Shown: in pieces, positions 38,130 to 47,423 of the stretch
Layout of the letters: the number at the start of each line of letters is the position of its first letter
Numbering within the stretch: position 1 is the stretch's first letter
From: a bacterium
GTDB lineage: Bacteria; Omnitrophota; Gorgyraeia; Zapsychrales; Fredricksoniimonadaceae
Reading direction: 5' to 3'
Length of the DNA: 64,000 bases
Assembly: GCA_021783915.1 (NCBI GenBank)
Contig: JAJXTI010000001.1
Span: 1,540-65,539, forward strand
Notes under the pieces: generated by a model
Seen by the model: the letters and a program-made list of their open reading frames with translations, nothing else
Told to the model about the DNA's origin: nothing
Database searches by the model: none
Position numbers and translations under genes: made by a program

Positions 38130-39863
38130 CTACAAACGGTCACTGATCTGTTGCTGAAGCCTCTCTAACAGGGCCTGCGGGCCCATTGGACCCAGGTCTC
38201 CGGCCCCATGCGAACGCACGCTCAGCGTTTGAGAAGAGAATTCTTTGTCTCCTATGATAATTTGATAAGGAACCTTCTTCATCGAGGACTCACGGATACG
38301 CTTAGATAAAGATTCATTGCGGTCATCCACGGCCACTCGAAGTCCTTCATCGGAGAATGTCTTTTTTATAGTCTGGGCATATTCGTTATGTTCCGGCTTA
38401 ATGGGAAGAATGACTACCTGATTAGGGGCCAGCCATAGTGGAAAATGTCCCGCATAGTGTTCAATCAGCGTGCCAATAAAACGTTCCAGGCTCCCCAAAA
38501 TCGCGCGGTGCAACATAATAGGCCTGACCTGTGCCCCTTTATCGTCAATATAATGGATATCAAACCTCTCAGGCAAATTAAAATCGCACTGGATGGTCCC
38601 GCATTGCCAAAGGCGGCCGATGGCGTCTTTAAGTTTAAAATCTATCTTGGGGCCGTAGAAGGCTCCCCCTCCTTCATCTACTCTGTAAGAAATTCCCTTG
38701 GCCTTTAAAGCGCCCTTAAGGGCCTCGGTGGCCTTGTCCCAATTCTCTTGGGCCCCCATAAAATCTTTGGGCTGGGTGGAAAGCTCGATATGTAAATCGT
38801 GGAAACCGAAATCATTCATGACTTCAAAAACAAAATCAATGACGCGGACGACCTCCTCTTTGATCTGGTCCGCCCTGCAAAAAATATGGGCATCATCTTG
38901 AGTAAACCCGCGCACGCGTAAAAGTCCGTGCAACACCCCGACCTTTTCCTGGCGGTATACGGTACCCAGTTCGAAATAACGGATAGGCAAGTCACGGTAA
39001 GAACGTATTTGTGACTGATAAATCAAAATATGTCCGGGGCAATTCATAGGCTTGACCGCATAATCCTCGTCATCAACCTTAAAATAATACATGTTTTCTT
39101 TATAATGGCCGGAGTGGCCGGAAATGTCCCACAGCTTGCCCTTTAAAATATTAGGGGTCATGACCATTTTGTAGTCATGCTTTAGATGCTGCGCCCGCAG
39201 ATAATCTTCAATGGTCTTGCGCAGCATCGCACCGTTAGGATGGTAAAACACCAGTCCGGCACCTGCGGTGTCATGATAAATGTGGAACAAGTCCAGTTGG
39301 GTGGCAATTTTTCGGTGGTCGCGCTTGGCCGCTTCTTCGAGCAGATTCAAATAGTCTTCGAGTTCTTTCTGGGTAAAAAAAGCGGTGCCGTAAATACGCT
39401 GGAGCATCTGATTTTTTTCATCCCCCCGCCAGTAAGCGCCGGCGACGGAAAGCAATTTAAACCCTCTGATTTCCCCCGCATTATCAACATGCGGACCTTT
39501 GCACAGATCAATCCATTCATTGCCTGTCTTATAAATGGAAATCTCCTCGTTCTCAGGCAGGTTTTCTATAAGCTCGACTTTATAGGTCTCCCCTTTAGAA
39601 CGGAAATACTCGATGGCCTGAGCGCGTGTCCAGACTTCCTTGGCAAGGACGGGCTTTTTATTGATGATTTTATGCATCTGTTTTTCGATTGTCCTTAAAT
39701 CATTGTCGGAAAAAGGCTCTTTCTTATCAAAATCATAATAGAACCCGTTGTCGATGGCGGGGCCAATGGTGACTTTGGCTTGCGGCCAAAGTTCCTGGAC
39801 CGCCTGGGCCATCACATGCGCACAGGTATGACGAAGTTTATCAATATCTCTGGAATAATCCAT
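38130..39863 (-). CDS. thrS: Threonine--tRNA ligase (no N-terminal TGS domain)
   Basis: RHTCAH, DLCKGPH, KPMNCPGH, RVRGFTQDDAH. Confidence 0.97.
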   Translation of the reverse strand: MDYSRDIDKLRHTCAHVMAQAVQELWPQAKVTIGPAIDNGFYYDFDKKEPFSDNDLRTIEKQMHKIINKKPVLAKEVWTRAQAIEYFRSKGETYKVELIENLPENEEISIYKTGNEWIDLCKGPHVDNAGEIRGFKLLSVAGAYWRGDEKNQMLQRIYGTAFFTQKELEDYLNLLEEAAKRDHRKIATQLDLFHIYHDTAGAGLVFYHPNGAMLRKTIEDYLRAQHLKHDYKMVMTPNILKGKLWDISGHSGHYKENMYYFKVDDEDYAVKPMNCPGHILIYQSQIRSYRDLPIRYFELGTVYRQEKVGVLHGLLRVRGFTQDDAHIFCRADQIKEEVVRVIDFVFEVMNDFGFHDLHIELSTQPKDFMGAQENWDKATEALKGALKAKGISYRVDEGGGAFYGPKIDFKLKDAIGRLWQCGTIQCDFNLPERFDIHYIDDKGAQVRPIMLHRAILGSLERFIGTLIEHYAGHFPLWLAPNQVVILPIKPEHNEYAQTIKKTFSDEGLRVAVDDRNESLSKRIRESSMKKVPYQIIIGDKEFSSQTLSVRSHGAGDLGPMGPQALLERLQQQISDRL

Positions 39864-39867
39864 GGCG

Positions 39868-40089
39868 TTAATCCGTCCGGGTAAAAACCAAGGAAGGGTT
39901 TAACAATATATTAAACAAAAAAATTTGTTGAAGTTTCTGGTCAAATTCCGGGGCCTTTAATTCTTTCTTTTTAACTTCTACCTCTAGCCTGGCTTGCATC
40001 AGTCTCTGTGTTTTTATCGCCATGCCTAAATAAATTGACAATAGAACAACCAGTCCCACGGCCAGCAATTTTTTACCCGTTTGACTCAT
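39868..40089 (-). CDS. Small membrane-anchored hypothetical protein
   Basis: 73 aa with N-terminal TM segment, between tRNA-Leu and thrS. Confidence 0.55.
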   Translation of the reverse strand: MSQTGKKLLAVGLVVLLSIYLGMAIKTQRLMQARLEVEVKKKELKAPEFDQKLQQIFLFNILLNPSLVFTRTD

Positions 40090-40115
40090 AGGCGTTGAAC
40101 TTCTTGTTTGAAGTC

Positions 40116-40202
40116 TGGTGGGCGGGGAGGGACTTGAACCCTCACAGCCTTACGGCCACAGGATTTTAAGTCCTGCGTGTATACCGATTCCACCACCCGC
40201 CC
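40116..40202 (-). tRNA. tRNA-Leu (TAA)
   Basis: CAGGA-CTTAAAA-TCCTG anticodon arm, long variable arm, CCA end. Confidence 0.95.
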
Positions 40203-40217
40203 CCCAACATAAAAATA

Positions 40218-40295
40218 TGGTGGACCCGACAAGACTCGAACTTGTGACCTTTTCCATGTCAAGGAAACGCTCTAACCAAACTGAGCTACGGGTCC
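40218..40295 (-). tRNA. tRNA-Val (GAC)
   Basis: TTTCC-TTGACAT-GGAAA anticodon arm, CCA end. Confidence 0.95.
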
Positions 40296-40316
40296 GGTGG
40301 TCTTTCAAAAGATCTT

Positions 40317-40391
40317 TGGAGGCGACGATCGGAATCGAACCGATGTATAGAAGTTTTGCAGACTTCTGCCTTACCACTTGGCTACGTCGCC
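40317..40391 (-). tRNA. tRNA-Cys (GCA)
   Basis: GAAGT-CTGCAAA-ACTTC anticodon arm, U discriminator, CCA end. Confidence 0.95.
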
Positions 40392-40392
40392 G

Positions 40393-40938
40393 TCAATCCT
40401 TCAAAACAGCTCTAACAATGTCATCTGCGTCCGCCAAATGACCGACACCGACGATGCCACAGGCCAATTTGCCTTTAACAGGTTCGATAAATTTGACTCC
40501 GTGCTTTTTTAATATCTGGCAGTTAGCCTGGACAAACGCATTCTTATACATGTTCTCATTCATGGAAGGGGCCACAAAAATGGGCGCCCGGGACGCGATA
40601 AAAAGGGTCGTTAAAAAATCATCGGCCAACCCATTGGCCATCTTCCCTATGATGTTTGCCGTTGCCGGAGCAACGACAATCGCATCCGCTTTGGACAGTT
40701 CAATGTGCCCCATTTCCCAAGCTTGGCCGTCTGTACCTCTTGCAAACATGTCGCTATAAACATTTTTGCCGGAAAGGGTCGCCAGCGTCAAAGGCGTAAT
40801 AAACTCCGCGGCTCCTTTGGTCATCACAACCGTCACGTCACAGCCGTTTTCTTGAAAACGGCGGACAATATCAGCGGCCTTATAGGCGGCAATACTGCCG
40901 GTGACGCCTAAAACAATTTTATTGATTTTCCTGGACAT
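40393..40938 (-). CDS. coaC: Phosphopantothenoylcysteine decarboxylase (stand-alone CoaC flavoprotein)
   Basis: GVTGSIAAYK, APATAN, PSMN, LACG; no CoaB domain. Confidence 0.88.
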   Translation of the reverse strand: MSRKINKIVLGVTGSIAAYKAADIVRRFQENGCDVTVVMTKGAAEFITPLTLATLSGKNVYSDMFARGTDGQAWEMGHIELSKADAIVVAPATANIIGKMANGLADDFLTTLFIASRAPIFVAPSMNENMYKNAFVQANCQILKKHGVKFIEPVKGKLACGIVGVGHLADADDIVRAVLKD

Positions 40939-41171
40939 TATTTGCCCTTTTTGGCCTTTTCAGCCTCGAGATCGACGACAAGCTTATCAACAACCAACCC
41001 TTGCCTGATTTCTTCAAAGGCCGTTGTCGTCAACTTTTCTTCCGATGGAACAGTGATTAATTTGGCCCCTGTTTCGGAGATTTCTAAGGCACGCTTAGAG
41101 GCCAAACGAACCAGACGATAAACGCTGTAATTGGCTCTGGGCAGCAATTCTTCTAATGGTTGATACGTCAT
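40938..41171 (-). CDS. rpoZ: RNA polymerase omega subunit
   Basis: SVYRLVRLASKRALEI..AFEEI; gmk-rpoZ-coaC synteny. Confidence 0.85.
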   Translation of the reverse strand: MTYQPLEELLPRANYSVYRLVRLASKRALEISETGAKLITVPSEEKLTTTAFEEIRQGLVVDKLVVDLEAEKAKKGK

Positions 41172-41271
41172 TGTTCCTCCTGAATAGGTTCCCCACCCTC
41201 CCGACATGGCAGAAGTAACGGGGAAAGGATGCTTAAAGAAACGTTATTTATAACATAGCCCAAGTGTATTG

Positions 41272-41865
41272 TCAACGAATACCAAGAGCCTTGGCGACGA
41301 GTTTTTCTAAATCGGCCTTGGCCCTCTCTAAAGAACCGTTAATAATGACGTAATCGTAGTCCTTGGCCCTTTTAAGCTCTTGCTGGGCGACCTTAATCCT
41401 TCTTTGCAGACTCTTGGGGGTCTCTGAGGCACGCTTGCGCAGACGTTGATGCAACGCCTGTATTGACGGAGGCTTGATAAAAATTTTTACGGCCTGGGGG
41501 AATTGCCGGTTGATGTGGTCCGCCCCCTTGACATCAATACACATCAGCACGTGCTTGCCTTTTTTCAAAAGATTTAAAACCTGCCTTTTAGGAGTGCCGT
41601 AATAATTGTCGAAGACTTTTTCCCATTCCAGGAAATATCCCCTCAGGATACGTTTGGCAAAAACCGTTTCCGTCAAAAAAAGGTAATCTTTGTTCTCGCG
41701 TTCCCCCTGGCGTTTGGCCCTCGTCGTCGCGGAAATGGATTTGACAATTTTTCCTTTAAGTTTGGGAGACCCCAGCAAGGCTTTGTGCAAGGTGGTCTTG
41801 CCGCTTCCCGAAGGGCCGGAAAGGATAAGGACCTTCCCTTGCTTGTGCTTTTTTTTACTCGACAT
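41272..41865 (-). CDS. gmk: Guanylate kinase
   Basis: SGPSGSGKTT, SATTR, YYGTP. Confidence 0.95.
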   Translation of the reverse strand: MSSKKKHKQGKVLILSGPSGSGKTTLHKALLGSPKLKGKIVKSISATTRAKRQGERENKDYLFLTETVFAKRILRGYFLEWEKVFDNYYGTPKRQVLNLLKKGKHVLMCIDVKGADHINRQFPQAVKIFIKPPSIQALHQRLRKRASETPKSLQRRIKVAQQELKRAKDYDYVIINGSLERAKADLEKLVAKALGIR

Positions 41866-42676
41866 TGTTGGCCTGTTCACGGATTTTTTCCACCTTGGAT
41901 TTTATAGAAATCACGGCTACAGAAATCTCTTTGTCTTGAACCTTTGAACCGATCGTATTTGTCTCTCTTTGCATCTCCTGGGCGATAAAATCAAGCTTCT
42001 TGCCCGCCCCGTCAAACGTTTTAAGCAATGCCTTGGCCTCGTCGATATGGTGCAAAAGGCGCGAAATTTCTTCATTGATATCGTTGCTTTTTTGATAACT
42101 TAAAAATTCATCGTTGTTCAGCCCCGTCTTTTTTTCTTTTAACAGGGCCTTAACGCGGGACTTGATTTGAACAATGCGCTCTGACATACGCTTGAGCTGC
42201 TCATTAATGTTCACCGACAGTGATCGTCCCTCCCGTTTACGCATGGCCACCACCGAAACAACGGCCCTCTCAAGGCTTTTTTCCACAATCGGCCAAATGT
42301 CCGCGGCTTGCACAAAGGTTTCTTTGGCCTCAACGACCCCCGGCATTTTCATCAAATCTGCCGTAGACAAATCATTTTTCAAGTTCAATTCTTTGCTCAA
42401 AGACCTTGCGATCTCCACGTAACGATCGACCGCCTCTTTGTTAAGCTGGACCGTCATCTGGTGCTTCTCGGTGATGCGCACGGCAACGGTCACTCTTCCG
42501 CGTTTAATGGTACGGCCTATCAGTTTCTGTATTTTGTCTTCGTAAGAAGAAAATCCCGACGGCAGATAAAATGCCAAATCCAGGAAACGATGGTTGACAC
42601 TCTTGATTTCAACATTGCCTTTGACCTTGCCCAAAGAGATGTCGCAACTGCCAAATCCTGTCATTCCGCTGATCAT
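41855..42676 (-). CDS. yicC: YicC family endoribonuclease
   Basis: MTGFG, EIKSVNHRFLD, QEMQRETNTIGSK. Confidence 0.93.
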   Translation of the reverse strand: MISGMTGFGSCDISLGKVKGNVEIKSVNHRFLDLAFYLPSGFSSYEDKIQKLIGRTIKRGRVTVAVRITEKHQMTVQLNKEAVDRYVEIARSLSKELNLKNDLSTADLMKMPGVVEAKETFVQAADIWPIVEKSLERAVVSVVAMRKREGRSLSVNINEQLKRMSERIVQIKSRVKALLKEKKTGLNNDEFLSYQKSNDINEEISRLLHHIDEAKALLKTFDGAGKKLDFIAQEMQRETNTIGSKVQDKEISVAVISIKSKVEKIREQANNVE

Positions 42677-42686
42677 ATGTTTTTCC

Positions 42687-43130
42687 TTATTTTAATAATT
42701 CTCTTTTTTTAAACCATAAGGACACTTCCCGGCTGGCCTGCGGGCCATCGCTTGAAACATGCACGATGTTTTCAAACAGGCCTTGGGTGGTGATGCGTCC
42801 GAATTTACCTCGTACGCTTTTGGGGGAGGCCTCTTCGGGGTTGGTGGCGCCGGCAATGTCACGGCATTTCTTGACAGCCGATGGCCCTTGGAAAACCATG
42901 GCCACGACTGGCGAGCCTTCATGGAATTTTCCTGTTAAATAATCAACAATCTGGTTATAAAAAGATTTATCTTTTAACTGAATGTAATGTTTCCTGGCCA
43001 AGGATTTCGTCGGTTTGACTAACTTAAGACCCGCTAATTTCAAATCGCTGTTGATAAACGGCCTTAACACATCCCCAACGATTGCTTTATGCAGGCCCTC
43101 AGGCTTGATCAATACCAATGCTTGTTCCAT
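42687..43130 (-). CDS. ndk: Nucleoside diphosphate kinase
   Basis: LIKPEG, GATNP, ENIVHVS. Confidence 0.92.
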   Translation of the reverse strand: MEQALVLIKPEGLHKAIVGDVLRPFINSDLKLAGLKLVKPTKSLARKHYIQLKDKSFYNQIVDYLTGKFHEGSPVVAMVFQGPSAVKKCRDIAGATNPEEASPKSVRGKFGRITTQGLFENIVHVSSDGPQASREVSLWFKKRELLK

Positions 43131-43151
43131 AAATTATTTTAATGTCCTCCG

Positions 43152-44087
43152 CTACCGGCCCGACGAATTGTCTTTGCGAATGACTGCTAGTACCCTGTCT
43201 AAGTCATCCAACGAGTAATATTCCACAATGAGCTTGCCCTTGCCTTTTTTGTCCTCGACGGTGACCTTGGTCCCAAGGATTTTCCGCAGTTCATCCTCAA
43301 GATTGGCAATATCAGGGTCCTTGGCCCTTTGTGCCTTGGTCTTCTTGGGCTTTTTGCCTGAAGTCTGTTTGGTCAACCCTTCGACGGAACGCACGGACAA
43401 ATTTTGATTGATGATGTCTTGCACCATCTTGCGTTTTTGATCCACATCACTAACGGCCAATAGCGCACGCGCATGCCCCATCGTGAGCCTTCCATCGATA
43501 AGATAATCCTGTATGTCCGACGGCAGAGTCAACAAACGCAACATATTAGAGATCGTCGAACGGTCTTTGCCCACGGCCTGGGCCACCTGATCCTGGGTCA
43601 GCTTAAAACCCTGTATCAAGGTATCAAACGCGCTGGCCTCCTCAATGGGGTTAAGATCCTGGCGCTGGATATTTTCCACCAAGGCCAACAGCAAACAATC
43701 GGCATCAGAGACATTCTTGATCACAGCAGGAACGCTCTCAAGTCCCAAGGCGCGAGCGGCGCTAAGGCGACGCTGGCCGGCAACCACCTGGAACCGACCT
43801 TCCTTTTGACGCACAAGAATAGGCTGCAAAATTCCCTTGTCTTTAATGGAAATTTTAAGTTCTTCAAGGGCGGCCGGATCATAATTGACCCTTGGTTGAC
43901 AAGGGTTATTGTCAATCAAATCGGTCCTTATCGTAGCGACTTCTTGTTGAGATATATTTTGGGGATCCATTCCCTGCTCTTTCTGACGCGATTGGCTCAT
44001 CTGTTCCAAGGCGGTCTCCATCCTGGCCTTATCCGTTGCCGAGGAAATAAGCGCTGAGAGTCCTTTGCCTAAAGCTTTATTGTCCAT
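43152..44087 (-). CDS. parB: Chromosome partitioning protein ParB
   Basis: ALGKGL, QPR, VAGQRR, ENIQRQDLNPIEEA, GHARALL. Confidence 0.95.
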   Translation of the reverse strand: MDNKALGKGLSALISSATDKARMETALEQMSQSRQKEQGMDPQNISQQEVATIRTDLIDNNPCQPRVNYDPAALEELKISIKDKGILQPILVRQKEGRFQVVAGQRRLSAARALGLESVPAVIKNVSDADCLLLALVENIQRQDLNPIEEASAFDTLIQGFKLTQDQVAQAVGKDRSTISNMLRLLTLPSDIQDYLIDGRLTMGHARALLAVSDVDQKRKMVQDIINQNLSVRSVEGLTKQTSGKKPKKTKAQRAKDPDIANLEDELRKILGTKVTVEDKKGKGKLIVEYYSLDDLDRVLAVIRKDNSSGR

Positions 44088-44160
44088 GTCCTTCCCCTCC
44101 TTCTAAAGGTTCTCTTCTGACCTATGGTTCAGTTTTTATAAATACATAACTTATTTATTA

Positions 44161-44940
44161 TCAACTATTTACAATATTTAACTTGCCATTTAATATTTCT
44201 TGCCCCATCTCTTTATATTTAACTGCCCCTATAGAAGCTTGGTCATAAACATGAATAGGTTTACCGAAACTTGGAGCTTCGCTAAGCCTGACATTACGAG
44301 GAATGATCGTATTATAAACTTTATCTTTAAAAAAATTTTTTATTTCCCCTATGACTTCATTAGTCAAATTCGTACGAAAATCTGCCATTGTCATAAGAAC
44401 CCCTTCAATAGCTAAGTTTGGATTTAATCCATCCTTAACAAGGTTAATAGTATTGAGTAAGCCACTCACACCTTCCAGGGCATAGAATTCGCATTGGATG
44501 GGAATAATAATAGAGTCTGCCGCAACCAAAATATTTAAAGTTAACAATCCTAAAGATGGCGGCGAATCAATAAATATAAAATCATAATTGGATTTAATAC
44601 TGTCTATGGATTTTTTAAGTCTTGTTTCTCGGGACAACACTCCAACAAGCTCTATCTCTGCTCCGGTGAGATTAATATTACAAGGAAGTAAATTTAGATT
44701 TTTATAAACAGTGGGGATGATAACATCTGTAATACAGGACTTATGGATTAGGACATCGTAAACAGAAGCTTTTATTTCGTTCTTATTGACCCCTACCCCG
44801 CTTGTAGCATTGCCTTGTGGATCCATGTCCACCAATAAAATTTTTTTACCTGAATCGGCTAAGACTGCTGAAAGATTAACTGCTGTAGTAGTTTTTCCTG
44901 TACCACCTTTTTGATTACAGATAGCAATAGTTTTAGGCAT
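44161..44940 (-). CDS. parA: Chromosome partitioning ATPase ParA/Soj
   Basis: NQKGGTGKTT, DPQGNAT, LSEAPSFG. Confidence 0.95.
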   Translation of the reverse strand: MPKTIAICNQKGGTGKTTTAVNLSAVLADSGKKILLVDMDPQGNATSGVGVNKNEIKASVYDVLIHKSCITDVIIPTVYKNLNLLPCNINLTGAEIELVGVLSRETRLKKSIDSIKSNYDFIFIDSPPSLGLLTLNILVAADSIIIPIQCEFYALEGVSGLLNTINLVKDGLNPNLAIEGVLMTMADFRTNLTNEVIGEIKNFFKDKVYNTIIPRNVRLSEAPSFGKPIHVYDQASIGAVKYKEMGQEILNGKLNIVNS

Positions 44941-44952
44941 GATCTTCTCCGG

Positions 44953-44968
44953 TGTTTCACGTGAAACA
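44953..44968. promoter_or_regulatory. parS site
   Basis: Perfect palindrome TGTTTCACGTGAAACA. Confidence 0.93.
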
Positions 44969-44978
44969 TGACTATGGT

Positions 44979-45176
44979 CTATTTTTTGATAACCTTAATC
45001 TTTGCTTGTTTGGCTCCCTTCATTCCAAAAAGCCCCTTCTTCTCTTCACAAACAATCTTAATATCCATCTGTTCTCTATCTATTCCAAGCGTTTTTTCAG
45101 CTTTTTTTATAGCTTCTTCTGTAGTATCTGCTTCAAATTCAGATTCTATATTGCCATTATCATTATTAAAATACAT
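44979..45176 (-). CDS. Jag N-terminal-domain-only protein
   Basis: TTEEAIKKA..KKGLFG..KQAKIKV; directly downstream of yidC; no KH or R3H domain. Confidence 0.8.
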   Translation of the reverse strand: MYFNNDNGNIESEFEADTTEEAIKKAEKTLGIDREQMDIKIVCEEKKGLFGMKGAKQAKIKVIKK

Positions 45177-45188
45177 AAATCCACCGCC

Positions 45189-45204
45189 TGTTTCACGTGA
45201 AACA
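45189..45204. promoter_or_regulatory. parS site
   Basis: Perfect palindrome TGTTTCACGTGAAACA. Confidence 0.93.
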
Positions 45205-45205
45205 C

Positions 45206-46804
45206 CTATCGACTTTTAGCCATTTTCCACTGGGTCCAAGTAGATAAAGCATAAAAAACTGTAAAATAAAGAGATTGTCCACTTGCAAAATGATAAAAGA
45301 TAAATCCGATGAAAAACGGGAAAAAATATCTCATCATCTTCTGCTGCATAGCTTGAGACTCATCGGTAACAACCATGTTTTTAGCTGAAATTTTTTGCTG
45401 TAAAAACATTACGGCCCCCATAGCTATAGGTAATATATTAATCTCATTCCCTATAAAAGGCAAGTATTTAGGCAAAAGAATTAATCTGTCTGGTTGGGTC
45501 AAATCTTTAATCCATAGGAATCCTTTGCCTTGAAAATAATAGGCACGCCAAAGAATCTGGTAAAGAGCCATAAAAATTGGCATTTGCAATAGAAAAGGTA
45601 AGCATCCCCCTAAAGGATTAACTCCCTCCCTTTTGTATAATTCAACCATTTCAGCATTAAGTTTTTGTGGATTATCTTTATATTTCTGTTGCAACGCTGC
45701 CACTTTAGGTTGTACAGATTGCATTTTTTTCATCGATCCCATGCTCTTAACAGTGAGAGGATATGTAATACCATAAATTAAAAGGCTTACTAATATTATA
45801 GAAAGCCCCCAGTTACGGCAAATACTATGTATGGCTGGTATGGTATAATAAACGGCTTTGGCAAAGATATCAATAATCCACCAGCCGCTAAAAGCTACGA
45901 TTTTTTCAAATCCTTCTTTATAGGTTTTAAGCCAGATTATATTTTGATCTCCAGCTACTACGGTAAAATTGTAATTAACTGTTTGCCCAGGTTCAATGGT
46001 TTGCGTTTTTGGTTGAACATTAACATTCAGTTGACTATTACTAACCACATCATTTTCATAGCCTTTTGTTTCAAATTTAGGCTTTATAATGACAGCATGA
46101 TAATGATCTCGAAAACCTATCCAATCAAATTCACTATTATTAGGAGCATTATTTATTTTATTATCTTTAGAATTAAATTTATAAGCTCCACCTTTACGAA
46201 ACACATGATTTTTTTCCAGAATGGAAAGTTCATACAACATTGCATTTCTAGTATTTTTAGTATCAACAGTACTTCCGTTTATACTTAAACCTCTAATATA
46301 TATATTTTCCAGTCTGGAAGTTTTGCTTAAATTTTTAATATTAACATCAACATTTAGGGTGTTTTTGTCTTTAATTTTAAAATATTTTGTTATTTCCCAT
46401 TCTTTTGTTGTATAAACGTAGGTTGCACTATCTTTATTTTGATCAACTAAAACGAAGGGCACTTTCTCAAATCCTTTAATTAGAAACATGTTTTCTATAG
46501 GAAGCGGTTCCTCTGAACCCGATATGTCTAATTTGTGGAGAGATCCACCCACATTTGATAATTCTATATCCATATTAGTGGTTTGTAATTTTATTTCTTT
46601 TTCTTTAAAACTTTGATTTGTGGTTTTTGTTTGCTCAATAGGTGTGACTGTGGTCGGATTTGTTGATTTTTCTATATCTTCATTTTTTTGAATGAGTTGC
46701 GCTTGTTTTATCATTTGTGCTCTCTTAGGAAGCACAAAAATACTCTGATAAAGAGATAAAACTAGCATTGATACCGCAAGAGCTAAAATAAGATTTCTAT
46801 CCAT
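45206..46804 (-). CDS. yidC: Membrane protein insertase YidC
   Basis: NWGLSII, GVNPLGGCLPFLLQMPIF, FLWIKDL. Confidence 0.95.
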   Translation of the reverse strand: MDRNLILALAVSMLVLSLYQSIFVLPKRAQMIKQAQLIQKNEDIEKSTNPTTVTPIEQTKTTNQSFKEKEIKLQTTNMDIELSNVGGSLHKLDISGSEEPLPIENMFLIKGFEKVPFVLVDQNKDSATYVYTTKEWEITKYFKIKDKNTLNVDVNIKNLSKTSRLENIYIRGLSINGSTVDTKNTRNAMLYELSILEKNHVFRKGGAYKFNSKDNKINNAPNNSEFDWIGFRDHYHAVIIKPKFETKGYENDVVSNSQLNVNVQPKTQTIEPGQTVNYNFTVVAGDQNIIWLKTYKEGFEKIVAFSGWWIIDIFAKAVYYTIPAIHSICRNWGLSIILVSLLIYGITYPLTVKSMGSMKKMQSVQPKVAALQQKYKDNPQKLNAEMVELYKREGVNPLGGCLPFLLQMPIFMALYQILWRAYYFQGKGFLWIKDLTQPDRLILLPKYLPFIGNEINILPIAMGAVMFLQQKISAKNMVVTDESQAMQQKMMRYFFPFFIGFIFYHFASGQSLYFTVFYALSTWTQWKMAKSR

Positions 46805-46806
46805 AA

Positions 46807-47016
46807 TTATTTTACCGGATCGTATCCGCCTTTAGATAGGGGAGAGCAGCGTAAGATGCGCCAGGCGCCCATAAACAGGCCTTTAAAAGCCCCATGTCTG
46901 CGTATGGCCTCGACTGTGTACTGCGAGCACGTCGGATAAAACCGACAAGCATTAATGCCAAAAGGCCGACTTAACCTTTGATAAGCTTTTACGGCAAACA
47001 ATAACAGTCTGTCCAT
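46807..47016 (-). CDS. yidD: Membrane protein insertion efficiency factor
   Basis: CRFYPTCSQY..RILRC..GGYDPV. Confidence 0.93.
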   Translation of the reverse strand: MDRLLLFAVKAYQRLSRPFGINACRFYPTCSQYTVEAIRRHGAFKGLFMGAWRILRCSPLSKGGYDPVK

Positions 47017-47057
47017 GGGAAAGCAACCTTAGACGAGAGCCTCGTCCTTGACCTTAT

Positions 47058-47195
47058 TTATGGAATTAGCTGGTGACGGCCTTTGGCTCGACGGCGGGCT
47101 AAGACCTTGCGTCCGTCTTTGGTGGCCATGCGCTTTCTAAATCCGTGCTTCCTGACCCCGACAATGTTCGTTGGTGTTTTCAAATGCTTTTTCAT
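47058..47195 (-). CDS. rpmH: 50S ribosomal protein L34
   Basis: Manual translation [45 protein letters not shown]; divergent from dnaA. Confidence 0.93.
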   Translation of the reverse strand: MKKHLKTPTNIVGVRKHGFRKRMATKDGRKVLARRRAKGRHQLIP

Positions 47196-47205
47196 AATGG
47201 GGCAA

Positions 47206-47400
47206 ATTATAACACAGGCAATTGTCGCGTCAAGCTTTTTACAATAAAGACAAAACCCCTTAGACGAAGAGGGGTTAAGTTTTTACTCAAATTCCGTCGT
47301 GAAAAAAACCGTTGCAATGGAAGAACGCTTTGTTATAATGACCAGCTACTAAAGCCTGCCTGACGGCAGGCAAGCTGGTTTTATCCACAGCTGTGAATAA
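47206..47400. promoter_or_regulatory. Divergent rpmH/dnaA promoters and upstream DnaA boxes
   Basis: rpmH TTGACG-16-TATAAT (47233-47206); dnaA TTGCAA-16-TATAAT (47312-47339); TTATCCACA at 47381 and TGTGAATAA at 47392. Confidence 0.75.
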
Positions 47401-47423
47401 CTTGTGTACGAATCTCGTCGAAA

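Noticed and set aside
40118-40441. 107-aa and 75-aa ORFs
   Set aside because: They are readings of the tRNA-Leu/Val/Cys cluster
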